Virus record (IMG/VR): IMGVR_UViG_3300025117_000038
Span: 53,396-117,395 of that record
DNA length: 64,000 nucleotides
Direction: 5' to 3' (one strand)
From: a virus
Shown here piece by piece: positions 29,801 through 40,100 of the stretch. Each line of letters begins with the position of its first letter. Positions within the stretch are counted from its first letter, which is position 1. A program made the translations under genes and the position numbers. The notes below the pieces were generated by a model, which ran no database searches, was not told where the DNA came from, and saw only the letters and a list, made by a program, of their open reading frames with translations.

Positions 29801-31463
29801 CTCTTATTATAAAGCAGCTTTAAAGACATTCACAAATGTGGTTGACGATATAAATACCAAAAAAATAGAAATTGGATTTATTGCCGAAGAGTTTGAAAAT
29901 AAATTTATATCAGATTATATGGCATCTAATAGAGTTCTTGATTTCGAAAAATTAAAAGGATTATTTAAAGACCTTGACGGTGTTGTCGCTGGTGCTAATG
30001 TAAGATTGAATGTTCTTAATGAAATGGCCGCAATGTTTTTTCCTATCATTTTTAATGGGATTAACATGGCACTTGTGGGATTTAAAAAATGGAATGATAT
30101 GGCAGAGTCTGGCGTCAAAGGTATGCAGATTTCCAATTTATATAATAAGTTAACGGAATCTACTACACAAAAAATGGTAGAGTTATATAAACTTCTTGGG
30201 AAGAGTCAAAAAGATATAGTCAGATATCAAATTGATGCATTAAAAATATCTCATGAAGAAAGACGACAAGCCATTCTATTACTTGAAGCCGAAGACCAAG
30301 AAAAAGCATTGAATGCAGAGTCCGTAGACTATGCCCAAAAAAGATTAGAGCTAGAACAACAATTAGCAGCGATTGATTATACTGAAAATATAAAGAAAGC
30401 TGTCGATGCTCAAAAAGAATTGCAAAATACTTTATCAAAAGCACTTTCCAATGTTCCCAAAGATATGTCTACTGGATTCGAAAAGAGAAGAGATATTTCT
30501 CAGGAAATAAAAGACATCGAAAAAGAAATCAATGCTGCCAGAGCCGATGGAGATAGACAAGAAGTCCAATCTTTAGAGAACAAGAAAAAGGAACTTCAAC
30601 AGCAATTAGATTCTTATCGAGCTGGATTATATGAATTAGCTCAATTCGCCAAGAACATTACAGAAGGTTTATCAACTGCCAGAATCCAAGCCCTTTCCGA
30701 CAACATTGCCGACGCTCTGTCGGATATAGACGTTGGAGGGGTTTCCATAGGAGCCAGAATCGGAGCTGCTATTGCTAATGTTGAAACAAAATATCTTACT
30801 CAACTTGATATATTAAATGTAACCATGCTCAATAGACAACAATCTATTTTTGACGAATTTATATGGGAGCTTGGAGCTATTTTAAATGAACCAATAACAA
30901 AAGTAGAAAGAACTCCTTTTGGAACATCGGAAATTAGTCTTACAGAGGAATCAGATAAACTAAAAATAGGGTTCAAAGCATTGAAGGATTATATAGAAAC
31001 AATTGCTGGAACAATGGCAGGAACGGCCCTTGGGGGTGGTGGCACTGGAGCCAGTACAGGAGCATCTCTGGGGTCTACTATAGGTGGATTAATTTCTGGA
31101 TTAGGTATTTTTGGTGGTCCTCTTGGTGGTATTGTGGGAGGACTATTCGGTGGATTACTTGACAGTGAAAAAGATTTAGATAAAGATATTGTTGATTTGG
31201 GTAGTGTTGTTATCGAGAATACTCATTCAATAGATGCTAATACTGATGCTCTAAAACAGCTTGATAGTGTCCTTTTTAATGCTCCCTCTACGTTTGTTTT
31301 ACCAACATTTTCAACTCAAGGGGCTCCTTCTAGAGAGGCCACAAGGATAGTTATATATGCTAATGACGCTGGTGATGTAGCTAAAAAAGTTGGCGATTTA
31401 TTAAATAAACAATATTCGGTTGATGTTAGAACTTCAAGAACCAATAAAAGATATGATATATAG
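26844..31463 (+). CDS. Tape measure protein (TP901-family core)
   Basis: 1539 aa helical protein. TSAQDLAGALKAVGSAAKEVGV...SGTAIGQSLKTMFARM is the PhageMin_Tail core. Gly-rich C-terminus. Confidence 0.9.
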   Translation: MNMADLTQMIRFIFQAENSEAVILKLQQIEGAVGSFAGIVGADLNNAIDRVIIGAKKLAHGLGKGEGISEAAQKIKELKIQYMELIAVFNKNKGNAAFPKEQMIDKIYQLSSAINKAESNFVKISKSMISARTDAEKIGTSFATAGTKVSGFRGMVNEARASLEKMGGAQTNLNTSLDNAIGKLIKYRLTYLIFRKAVDAAKESLETFATVNTQLAQLEKVLDPATSNIEELRDASFALGEEFSVSAEKVLKAFVIWAQVGLSQQEVLEATRTTLVGVNAIGFDTVEMTEALTSVMFTYGIEVQNTMQYVNEWMRVQAKFPTSAQDLAGALKAVGSAAKEVGVDLTELSGYVVAINAITRKSGTAIGQSLKTMFARMVKPEYIALLQDVGIAVKANADEFRDIDDVLDELSEKWSTLTGVQKTNIAQQAGGIRRYVDFLALMDAYALKQQAIVEAHLTTDEAFKASDIEVATYTKQMEALKVTMSDFGEVFGKELAVGIIDVIQSLAAILKILKPLAPLFGAIIRVGGSMALIFGTIKIAAAAWGLIQRQVTIALAQSTVAVSSHSAAVLGLAGVTTTATGANIGFAASIRAVMGALGPIALALSLVGGAIATYYSLARDSNETFRAHAKYTQIDIEALTKNIKARRAQNDIIDESVSQFEILAKKYQTLKSLGKDITETEKQMSVQGDLLSSINTDLAISVDRIIRSLDVGKIAFDALYEAATRTKGINQSLANENEKILASNKKVFELTYDTKKASLEASINGLQKAEEDIIKAIESPDISILKDRPVALNIDDMNDAAKELLTFKLKFLKEFSPFLSKAEVDEINGRFDEVGKGIETFASDISYVYKTLNLQDYENLPLEELFKVDPNTAIKAEETIKKFKSDAIIMFGDLYTGVSDKYKEDSEALDKLIKQKNIFASLEAIEAPTAIPTKFYEIPLSGLDELKTKLQQTVGDVQLMGDSVGRLIKYNEQMGSSAKETASSIASYYKAALKTFTNVVDDINTKKIEIGFIAEEFENKFISDYMASNRVLDFEKLKGLFKDLDGVVAGANVRLNVLNEMAAMFFPIIFNGINMALVGFKKWNDMAESGVKGMQISNLYNKLTESTTQKMVELYKLLGKSQKDIVRYQIDALKISHEERRQAILLLEAEDQEKALNAESVDYAQKRLELEQQLAAIDYTENIKKAVDAQKELQNTLSKALSNVPKDMSTGFEKRRDISQEIKDIEKEINAARADGDRQEVQSLENKKKELQQQLDSYRAGLYELAQFAKNITEGLSTARIQALSDNIADALSDIDVGGVSIGARIGAAIANVETKYLTQLDILNVTMLNRQQSIFDEFIWELGAILNEPITKVERTPFGTSEISLTEESDKLKIGFKALKDYIETIAGTMAGTALGGGGTGASTGASLGSTIGGLISGLGIFGGPLGGIVGGLFGGLLDSEKDLDKDIVDLGSVVIENTHSIDANTDALKQLDSVLFNAPSTFVLPTFSTQGAPSREATRIVIYANDAGDVAKKVGDLLNKQYSVDVRTSRTNKRYDI

Positions 31464-31471
31464 GGGGGGGA

Positions 31472-31876
31472 ATGGCTAATTGTATATTAACTTCAGCAAC
31501 TCCAACTGCTGAATACACACTACCGTATAATCCATCGTTTTATACAACAGATGAAGATGAAACAATTTTATCAAAAAAAATTCTACACGGTGCTCCAGTT
31601 TGGCATGAAGTTAAATTCGATAACAGAATAAGAGCCTTATCTTGGAGTGGTTACGAAGCATCTAATTCTGATATTCAGGGAATTGTTACATTTTTTAAAA
31701 ATAAAAAGGGTATGACTTATTATATAAATTTTCAGGATATGGATACAATGAATTTATTGTGGCCCACAAACGACACATGGAAAAAAATAAGAATAGTAAA
31801 TATAACATCGTCATTCAGGAAAGGTGGCACTATAGTTTATGATAACATTTCATTAACTATCCAGCCAGAGGAATAA
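31472..31876 (+). CDS. Distal tail-like protein
   Basis: Small ORF right after the TMP; LPYNPS...LSWSG. Confidence 0.5.
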   Translation: MANCILTSATPTAEYTLPYNPSFYTTDEDETILSKKILHGAPVWHEVKFDNRIRALSWSGYEASNSDIQGIVTFFKNKKGMTYYINFQDMDTMNLLWPTNDTWKKIRIVNITSSFRKGGTIVYDNISLTIQPEE

Positions 31877-31877
31877 A

Positions 31878-34800
31878 ATGATAGAAAGAATTGATATTCC
31901 AGATAAAAATAGTTTCGAAAATGATTTAGATGGTGTTCAACCGTATTATAGTAAAAGAGCCATCCCTATTTCATTAATTAAATACACTAATACCGTAAGA
32001 ACGGTTAAGAACGATGGCATTACCATGGATTGTTATCGGTCTACTTCTAATGCTATCAATATGATTAATACATCGTTTAGTGGCGTTACCCCAATTGTTA
32101 AATTTTATTATTCGAATGGTTTACCACCATTCTTTACAGCCAATGATTCCGGGATAAACTGGGCCACTAAATATAGAATGAAGTTTTTTGCTCCATATAC
32201 TGGAAATTACACTTTGGCTTTTGGCGGTTCTGGTGAAATTTCCAATGTTTATATTGATAATTCAAAAAAACAAATTCAAAGGGGTAATGAAAATGGCGAT
32301 AGTATTATTTTACATTATAACGATACCAGTTATGGCATAGCTACATCGTCATTCTCGTCAGAAACATGGCATAGTATTTCTTTTTTATATAATGCATACA
32401 AACAAACCAATAATTCGTATGGATTAATAGCCATGTGGAAATCGGACAATAGTGAAACTCCAAATTACATTCCATTATCAGCAGGGGTTTGTGCTCCAAT
32501 AAACCAAGATACATCTGACGCTGATGATGGTGAAACCATAAAATCCCATACGGCTTATTACTATTCTAATATAAATTACTCTGTCAAAAAAGAACAAATA
32601 GCTACACTAACATTTGACATCCCATTAATGGCATCGACAACAGTTTACGCTGGAGGATACAAACACACTTCTAATGGATTTATAGATACCGTTCATAATA
32701 TTACATTACAACAAGACCGAATGGTGGAATATTATGAGGGGTATAGAATATATCATAATGATAATTTTGCGATAGACGCCAGTGCTTGTAGTTATATAGA
32801 GGTCCCATACCATCAATCTCTTGCTTGTACGGCAGGTGGAATTACTCTTGAGTCCTGGGTAAAAGTAAGCCCAGGTTGCAATGGTGGATATGTTATTACC
32901 AAGCCATACCAAAATGCGGATGGTGCGGCGGCAGAATATGCCATGTATATAAGCAATACTGGTGGTATTACCTTTAATATGTATGGGGAGGGGTATACCT
33001 ATGATACTGATATTAGGGATAATTTGTGGCATCACATTGTTCTTAGTGCTAATGGCTCTATCTGGAACTGGTACATCGATGGAAGCTCGGCGAAATCACA
33101 AACAACGACGAAAGTACCGGGAAATGTAAATAGCAAAAACATAAGATTTGGGGCCAATATTCTTGGAACTAATCATCTTGAATCTGTTATAGATGAAATA
33201 AAAATATTCGGGAGAGGACTTTCATCGGCAGAAGCCAAATATCACTATAATAATGGAAATGGCAGAAGAAATGTTTATTCCACCGAACAACTAAGGGGTT
33301 ATTGGAGATTTTCCGAGGGAAGTGGAACAGTTGTTAATGACTCCTATAACACAAATCATGGAAGTATTTCTGGAATAACGTCATCAACGTGGATTACTGG
33401 CAAAATATCTGAAAGAGATGAATATGTTAAAAAATTTACTGGTCATATAAAAGATTTCAAAACTAATTATAAAACCGATGAAATAGATTCGATTCAAGTA
33501 TATTGCGAAGATTTTACTTCATTTATGAAAGAGTCTTTTAATGTTTACTCTCCTAGCTATATGGATTATATCCAAGTTGGATATACCACTAAAAGAGGGG
33601 AATTGCCCAATAAATCTGTTGAGGGGATAGGTAAACCAAAAACATTCGATGGATGGGAATTATATAAAGTCATGCATGTTCTTATGACAGAATCGTTTAT
33701 CGACCCGTATTTATTTTATAAACATAAAATACATACAGACAACTATGGATGCTCCATAAATGGTAATTTCAAAATAAGATGGACTAACTCCACTTCCAAT
33801 ATTTTAAAAATGGATACAAGAGAATATTATGGGAACCCAAATGTAATTAGTGGTGATGGGAATGTGCCTGATGATGCATATATAAATACGGCTGGATTTG
33901 GAGAATATTACTATGATATTGCAATGAATTTATTATCTCCATTCTATATAGATTTTTATTTTGACAGATATGGGCATCCATTTATGTTCCCATATAATAC
34001 TCCAACATCGATAACTCATATATCGTCATTCGATGGGGTTAACAGTTTTTCTAGTACTGAATCGATAAAGTATTTATTTGGAGAGTACTACCACACCACT
34101 GCCACTGTTACTTCCTCGGCTGATTTTACTGGGAAAAGAATTGATGTAGTTTGTGGGGTTTCTCCAAATAGTGGAGTGATTTCCCCAGAGTCTGATGAAT
34201 ATAGCCTAAAAATAACTATAAAAAATAACGGGAATACCATAAGTACACAATATTTAAACTTATATTATGCAACTACATGGGGATATAATAATGGAATTGC
34301 TCCTACGCTTGGATATAATCCATCGGTTTTTAAATTAACGAATTTAATGGCTTACGATACCTATAGAATAATTTTTGAAACAAATCCCGATGGAACTTCA
34401 TATGATATCGCTCTTAATGGTATTATGACTTATGATGAAAACTATGAAACAGGAAATGTTGTTATAGAAACCGATGATTCAAATAGTCGTGGCGGTATTA
34501 CAAATCTATCAATTGAAGACTCTGTTAAAGATACCCGCAATGAGGTTTATGTTTACGGTGCATTAAGAGGGGTTGTTTATACAAAAGACACCGATGGGAA
34601 TAGAAGCGACGTTAATCCCAATAACCCTATTTATAATTATTATTATTCGATTTCAAGAGATATAAATTCTATTTATACATCAACCGCTTTTAATTATAGA
34701 GGTAGGCCGATAAGGATTTTAATTCAAGACCCAAAAATAAGTAACAACACTCAAGCTGATATGGTTAGTTATAATATTCTTCAAACCTATAGACAAAAAC

Positions 34801-37172
34801 ATTTAAAACCATCTATCGGTATTATCCCCAATCCTCTTATAGATATCTTAGATTGTGTTAATATTGTTGATAATTACAAAAACTATATAAATGAAAGTAA
34901 TAATGTATGGATAGATGGAATTACAACTAAAATGAATAATTCTAATAACAGCATTGATTATACAATGGATGTTGATTTTACAGAAATTAAACCACCCACT
35001 GGATATTTTTATCAGCCCGATATTCCAAGTAGCGTAATTAATGGACAATACATAAAAAATATAAATATAGAAAATAGTGGATGTCTATTCAGATTAGATG
35101 CAAGTGATGAAGATTTTGGTAGTTATTCCTATGTAAATTATCTTAAAATAGATACATCAATGTATACACATAAAACTGGTGTGGTTCAATATAATGTATT
35201 AGAAAAAATTCCATCAACAGGATATTTGAGAATTAATAATGAAATTGTTTTGTATGAACATACTTCACCAACCTCTAAATATATATGGTTACTAAAAAGA
35301 GGGCTACAAGGAACTCATACGCTCCCATATGGCAAATTCAATGCTTATGGAGTTTCACATATAGAAGAGCTAAGAAAAGGATATACAGTATCTATGGCGT
35401 ATGACCCATACATGAGTGAAACAATAGGAGTATTGCCAACTGTTAATTTTGATTGTATGAAAAATGGGAAAATACAGATAAAAGTATGGGGACGTGGTGT
35501 TGCTGAAGATTATCATGTTGCAACTCTTACTGGTATAGATGATGATGAAAATTATCCATATTCTGGATATCAAAAAATAAAATGGGGGAACCATAGTTTT
35601 GTTTGGCAAGCAATAGACCAGTTTGGGATATACAATCAATTATTATCAAAAGGTGAAGTAAGAAGTGGTGGTTTTTATGTTTGTGAACATCCTAGTTTAT
35701 ATAAACAGTATACGCCAGGTGTTGTTGATAAAATGTGGAATGGTATAATTGACGATGATAAAATTGTTAATAATGGTAAACTTTCTCCATATGGGGAATT
35801 TTATGTAACAATTGATTTTGAATCAGACGACGGAGAACAATACCATTATACCGGGGCAACTGCTGGTGGATTTAATGATAGTGATAGACATATTTATACT
35901 AGAAGGGGGCCTGTCGGGATATCATTCTTGAAACTACATACTTCTGGTATATATGGCTACATAGACCAAGCTGCCACATCTTTTTCTGGTGTTGCTACCA
36001 CAAACTTTACTGGAGAGTTTATAGCAGATAATGCTCCGTATAGGGTATATCGATGTGGTGTTGATTATCCAACAGAAAGTGTTTATTTTCAACCAAAAAA
36101 TAATTATTTGGTTGAAACATACATTAAAAACACGTCAAACAATGGAGATGGGGTAAGGTTGACTCTATATGATGCTTCATTTGATTTATCTTCATCTAAT
36201 ACATATCCATATTTGAGCAATTATTTATATACACAATATGATAAATATGCACAGAGAGAATACAAAATAGAAATTAAGTGCCATATTGTAACAGTTTCAA
36301 TTAATACATTGTATGATGGAGGGCCACATGAAGCGTTGGTTGTTCCAAGAATAAATGAAAAGGTTAAAACAATAATAAAAGATGACAATTTTAGGACATA
36401 TTTTAACGGGGGCAATGGAATAACATTAAAATTCAACCCAAAGGGCGCAGTTGATGATGATAATAATTTTATCACATATTTACCACCTGAATTATTAGAC
36501 CAATGGAAAATATGGATGGACAAGGGAATATATAGAGTTAATTCTCTTGTAAATAATTATTTAATATTTGATGGTACTATTTACGACAGGTCAGGTCGTC
36601 TTGTTCATAATAGATGTGAAAATGGCGGTGGTATGTTTGAACATATAGGTAAAAATGTAGGTATACCTCCATATGAATTAAGAAGACTTATGTTTTTGGC
36701 AGACGGTAAATGGCACAGATGGCAAAAAAGTGATTCTGATTTTATATCTTTATTTGGTAGGAATGTCAATATTAAAGATGGTGATATATATATAGACGAT
36801 AAATTAATTCCATCACCACCATACGATAATTCAATATCTATTGAGGATAATTTATTGATGGAAAAATATTTCTATATTTCGCATTATGACCCGTATAATT
36901 TAGACCATGAATATACAAGAGCGTGGGTATTGTGGAGAGATGAAAACTTTATAAATAACAGGGAAAAAATAATTAGTTATGTTTATAGAGTATACGGATG
37001 GGATTTTTATTATTTGGCATTAAACGAATCATATAATCAACTTTTGGCTAATTCCCCAGAATGGTTATGGTATGGTCAAGCATTCAAATCTAAATACAAA
37101 CCAGGTTCATTTCCATTTACAGTTTTCAAATTTTCTCACGATGATATTAATAGATATCTTGGGAGGGTGTAA
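31878..37172 (+). CDS. Tail tip/hub protein with inserted LamG domain
   Basis: LamG motifs ITLESWVK, WHHIVL, IDEIKIFGRGLS and GYWRFSEGSG. Hub-like KKFTGHI, FYFDRYG, RNEVYVYG and PNPLIDILDCV. Confidence 0.65.
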   Translation: MIERIDIPDKNSFENDLDGVQPYYSKRAIPISLIKYTNTVRTVKNDGITMDCYRSTSNAINMINTSFSGVTPIVKFYYSNGLPPFFTANDSGINWATKYRMKFFAPYTGNYTLAFGGSGEISNVYIDNSKKQIQRGNENGDSIILHYNDTSYGIATSSFSSETWHSISFLYNAYKQTNNSYGLIAMWKSDNSETPNYIPLSAGVCAPINQDTSDADDGETIKSHTAYYYSNINYSVKKEQIATLTFDIPLMASTTVYAGGYKHTSNGFIDTVHNITLQQDRMVEYYEGYRIYHNDNFAIDASACSYIEVPYHQSLACTAGGITLESWVKVSPGCNGGYVITKPYQNADGAAAEYAMYISNTGGITFNMYGEGYTYDTDIRDNLWHHIVLSANGSIWNWYIDGSSAKSQTTTKVPGNVNSKNIRFGANILGTNHLESVIDEIKIFGRGLSSAEAKYHYNNGNGRRNVYSTEQLRGYWRFSEGSGTVVNDSYNTNHGSISGITSSTWITGKISERDEYVKKFTGHIKDFKTNYKTDEIDSIQVYCEDFTSFMKESFNVYSPSYMDYIQVGYTTKRGELPNKSVEGIGKPKTFDGWELYKVMHVLMTESFIDPYLFYKHKIHTDNYGCSINGNFKIRWTNSTSNILKMDTREYYGNPNVISGDGNVPDDAYINTAGFGEYYYDIAMNLLSPFYIDFYFDRYGHPFMFPYNTPTSITHISSFDGVNSFSSTESIKYLFGEYYHTTATVTSSADFTGKRIDVVCGVSPNSGVISPESDEYSLKITIKNNGNTISTQYLNLYYATTWGYNNGIAPTLGYNPSVFKLTNLMAYDTYRIIFETNPDGTSYDIALNGIMTYDENYETGNVVIETDDSNSRGGITNLSIEDSVKDTRNEVYVYGALRGVVYTKDTDGNRSDVNPNNPIYNYYYSISRDINSIYTSTAFNYRGRPIRILIQDPKISNNTQADMVSYNILQTYRQKHLKPSIGIIPNPLIDILDCVNIVDNYKNYINESNNVWIDGITTKMNNSNNSIDYTMDVDFTEIKPPTGYFYQPDIPSSVINGQYIKNINIENSGCLFRLDASDEDFGSYSYVNYLKIDTSMYTHKTGVVQYNVLEKIPSTGYLRINNEIVLYEHTSPTSKYIWLLKRGLQGTHTLPYGKFNAYGVSHIEELRKGYTVSMAYDPYMSETIGVLPTVNFDCMKNGKIQIKVWGRGVAEDYHVATLTGIDDDENYPYSGYQKIKWGNHSFVWQAIDQFGIYNQLLSKGEVRSGGFYVCEHPSLYKQYTPGVVDKMWNGIIDDDKIVNNGKLSPYGEFYVTIDFESDDGEQYHYTGATAGGFNDSDRHIYTRRGPVGISFLKLHTSGIYGYIDQAATSFSGVATTNFTGEFIADNAPYRVYRCGVDYPTESVYFQPKNNYLVETYIKNTSNNGDGVRLTLYDASFDLSSSNTYPYLSNYLYTQYDKYAQREYKIEIKCHIVTVSINTLYDGGPHEALVVPRINEKVKTIIKDDNFRTYFNGGNGITLKFNPKGAVDDDNNFITYLPPELLDQWKIWMDKGIYRVNSLVNNYLIFDGTIYDRSGRLVHNRCENGGGMFEHIGKNVGIPPYELRRLMFLADGKWHRWQKSDSDFISLFGRNVNIKDGDIYIDDKLIPSPPYDNSISIEDNLLMEKYFYISHYDPYNLDHEYTRAWVLWRDENFINNREKIISYVYRVYGWDFYYLALNESYNQLLANSPEWLWYGQAFKSKYKPGSFPFTVFKFSHDDINRYLGRV

Positions 37173-40100
37173 TGATTAGGAAAGATGTAGATAAACAAAT
37201 TTATCTCAGGGAAAGAGATAAAATTGGTAATGTAGACCCGACTGTAATTACTACAAATTACAATTTTACAGTTAATAAACAAAATTCAAATGTATATACC
37301 ATCCCAATTCAATGGACAAAAAATTATTATATTTTCGAAAGACAAAGCAGTAGCGGGGGACTTCCATTAACATATGATATTAATGATTTTTCCAATTATC
37401 ACGGAAGTATAAGTAATAAAAAAATTCCTCAATATACAGAAGGATTTTTTGATATTCTTACAAACGGTGAAAATGCCGCGTATACATGTATTATAAGGTC
37501 TGGTAGTGGATTATCAAGCACAATAATCATAAAAAATAACCCAAACAATGAAGACAATGAGATTATTTATAGTGTATGCATGTATTATAACAACTCTTGG
37601 TACATAATGGGAAGTGGTAACAGCTCAAAAAATAAACCAATAAACATTCAAATACCAGAAAATATTGTAGCAACTATTGCTATTGTTATTTATTCGTCAA
37701 CGGTTGTTTTACCCTCAAATTCTGTTAATAACATTACCATTGAAACAATGTTTAATGTTACTGCATTAAGTTGGGAAGAGGGTTCATTCGCGACTATGGA
37801 ACAACCAAGGTGGTTTTCGAATGGTCTTTATTCAAGTGCCAACCCTGTTACAAGAAATGTTAGCACCATGTTAATATGGAGACACCCCGACAATAAGGTT
37901 AATTTTGCCGGAACCGGAATTTACAGAAACTCAAGAGAAACCGTTGGACACCAAATTAACAGTTCATATATCAATTCAATTGGAGTAAGCAGTGCTTATG
38001 TATCTTCAAGTTATGGAGCAGGGACGACAGTTTATTATAATGATGTAGAATATGTACCCATTGTTTCGAAAACACTTAATGCAAATTTATTTACAAATGG
38101 TTATATGAATAGTAAAAATGGATGGGAATTTTATCATACCGGAGGAACGGGTGTATTAAATGCATCTACCGCTAATGTCGTCCCAATATACTCAATTAAT
38201 GGTGGTGACTGTATTTGTGTTTCCCATACAGTTACAGCAACAAGCAGAACATCATATATGAAATCAACCGATAAAGTAAAAATACCATGGTATAACGGAG
38301 AATTACTTGCTGGTATTCCATATGACATTGATGTTCTTTTGTCTTATAAAACAAAAACTGACTTATCAACACCGATTGCGCCAATAATTAAAATAATGTA
38401 TCTGTCAAGCAACGATGGGACAAAATGCACTGTATCATCATCGGTAGGTTATGGTTCAGTCAATAATAGATGGGGAACAATAAGAAAAACATTGTTATTT
38501 TATAACATAGACAATAATGGTGACGAAAGTACAATTCCGCAAACATGCAGATATCTACAACCATATATATATACAGCTATAGGTTCAACAAGTTGTAGTG
38601 GCAAGTTTTATTTTTCTGGATTGTTTATTGGCCAATATAACACATTATCTTCAGATAACAATACTATAAATCATTCAACGGAACCATTGACATATGTATC
38701 ATTTAACGATAGATTGACTGTTCCGAGTAATTCTCACACTTTTGATATATTTGAAATGGATACTTCAGTAGGAAATTTTGGTAACACATTTAGTGCAAGT
38801 GCTCCCGCTATAAATTATACTGTTAATAAAACAAGAACTGGGGGTCTTTTTAATGGCGGAATAAATGTTCCGAGATACCAAATGATTGAAGGTGGAACGG
38901 TTCATCCAACATCAAATAGATTTCCTGACGGAAATTTTTATACTACATCATCGGGTGTTTATTATTACAATTTATCTACCCCATATGTAAGTTATTCCGA
39001 CACAGCGTTTTGTGGAGGTTATTCTGTTAAAATTAACAGTCAGTTAAGTTCTGTTTCTCAATGTATTTATAAACCATTTTTATCATATGAGGGAAGCGGA
39101 AATGACCTTACCGGAGCGACATCGTTATGTATAAGTGCTTGGGCAAAAGCAGCAACTCCCATTGCTGCTGGTGACAATCCAAAATTAATGCTTGGAGTTA
39201 CTCTTGCTCCGGTATTCACTGCATATAAAACAGTTTCTTCGGCATCATTTGGGTTAACATCTGAATGGAAAAGATATAAATTTAAAGCAAATTTAACCGC
39301 AACAAGTGTTGTTACTGCATATATAGGAGAAGGATTTATTGGTGTCCCAAGGTATTCGAAAGGAACTATTTTAATAAACGGGGTTACAGTAACACAGGGA
39401 TATGGTTATTATTCTAATATACCATCTGTTTTTAGTAAAAGTTCTACTGACAACACTGTTCCAGTGCAAGTAATATCTCTTGACACAGCAAGTTCATTAT
39501 TTGGCAATTACGGCTCATTATCATTTTATTGGACACCTCAGTGTGATAGCAGTGGATATGAGAGTTTAATTAAAAAGATAACATTACTCGAAAGATATAA
39601 AAATGATAATAGTTATATAAAAATGGAATGGGATGGGGCTACTTCTAATCCATGTGGATATCGTTTTATTCAAAATGATGGAACAGAATATATAACAGAT
39701 ATTGCTACCAGTGTAGGTATTCACACTAATATTCCAGTGTTTATTTCCTTAAGATGGACTCCCGAAAGGTACTACCCTACTATTAATAGATATCATACTT
39801 CTGCGACAAGATTACATGTAGCTTCTGTAAATTCTTTATTAATAGGCACAGACCACGATAGAAGATATATGGCAGATGGAACTTATACAAATTTAAGAAT
39901 AGATACTTGTTTTTGGGATGATGGATATACATACATTCAAAGTATAGCACGACAATATCATCCAGACTCATACAATAGTCTTTCTTATTTTTCTTATGCA
40001 CAAAATAGTCATCTTGCAGATGTTCCTGTTTCAGGGAGATTTATCCAACCGTACTTCGATAATTACAATTTAGTTAACGGTAGACTATATGAATATACTC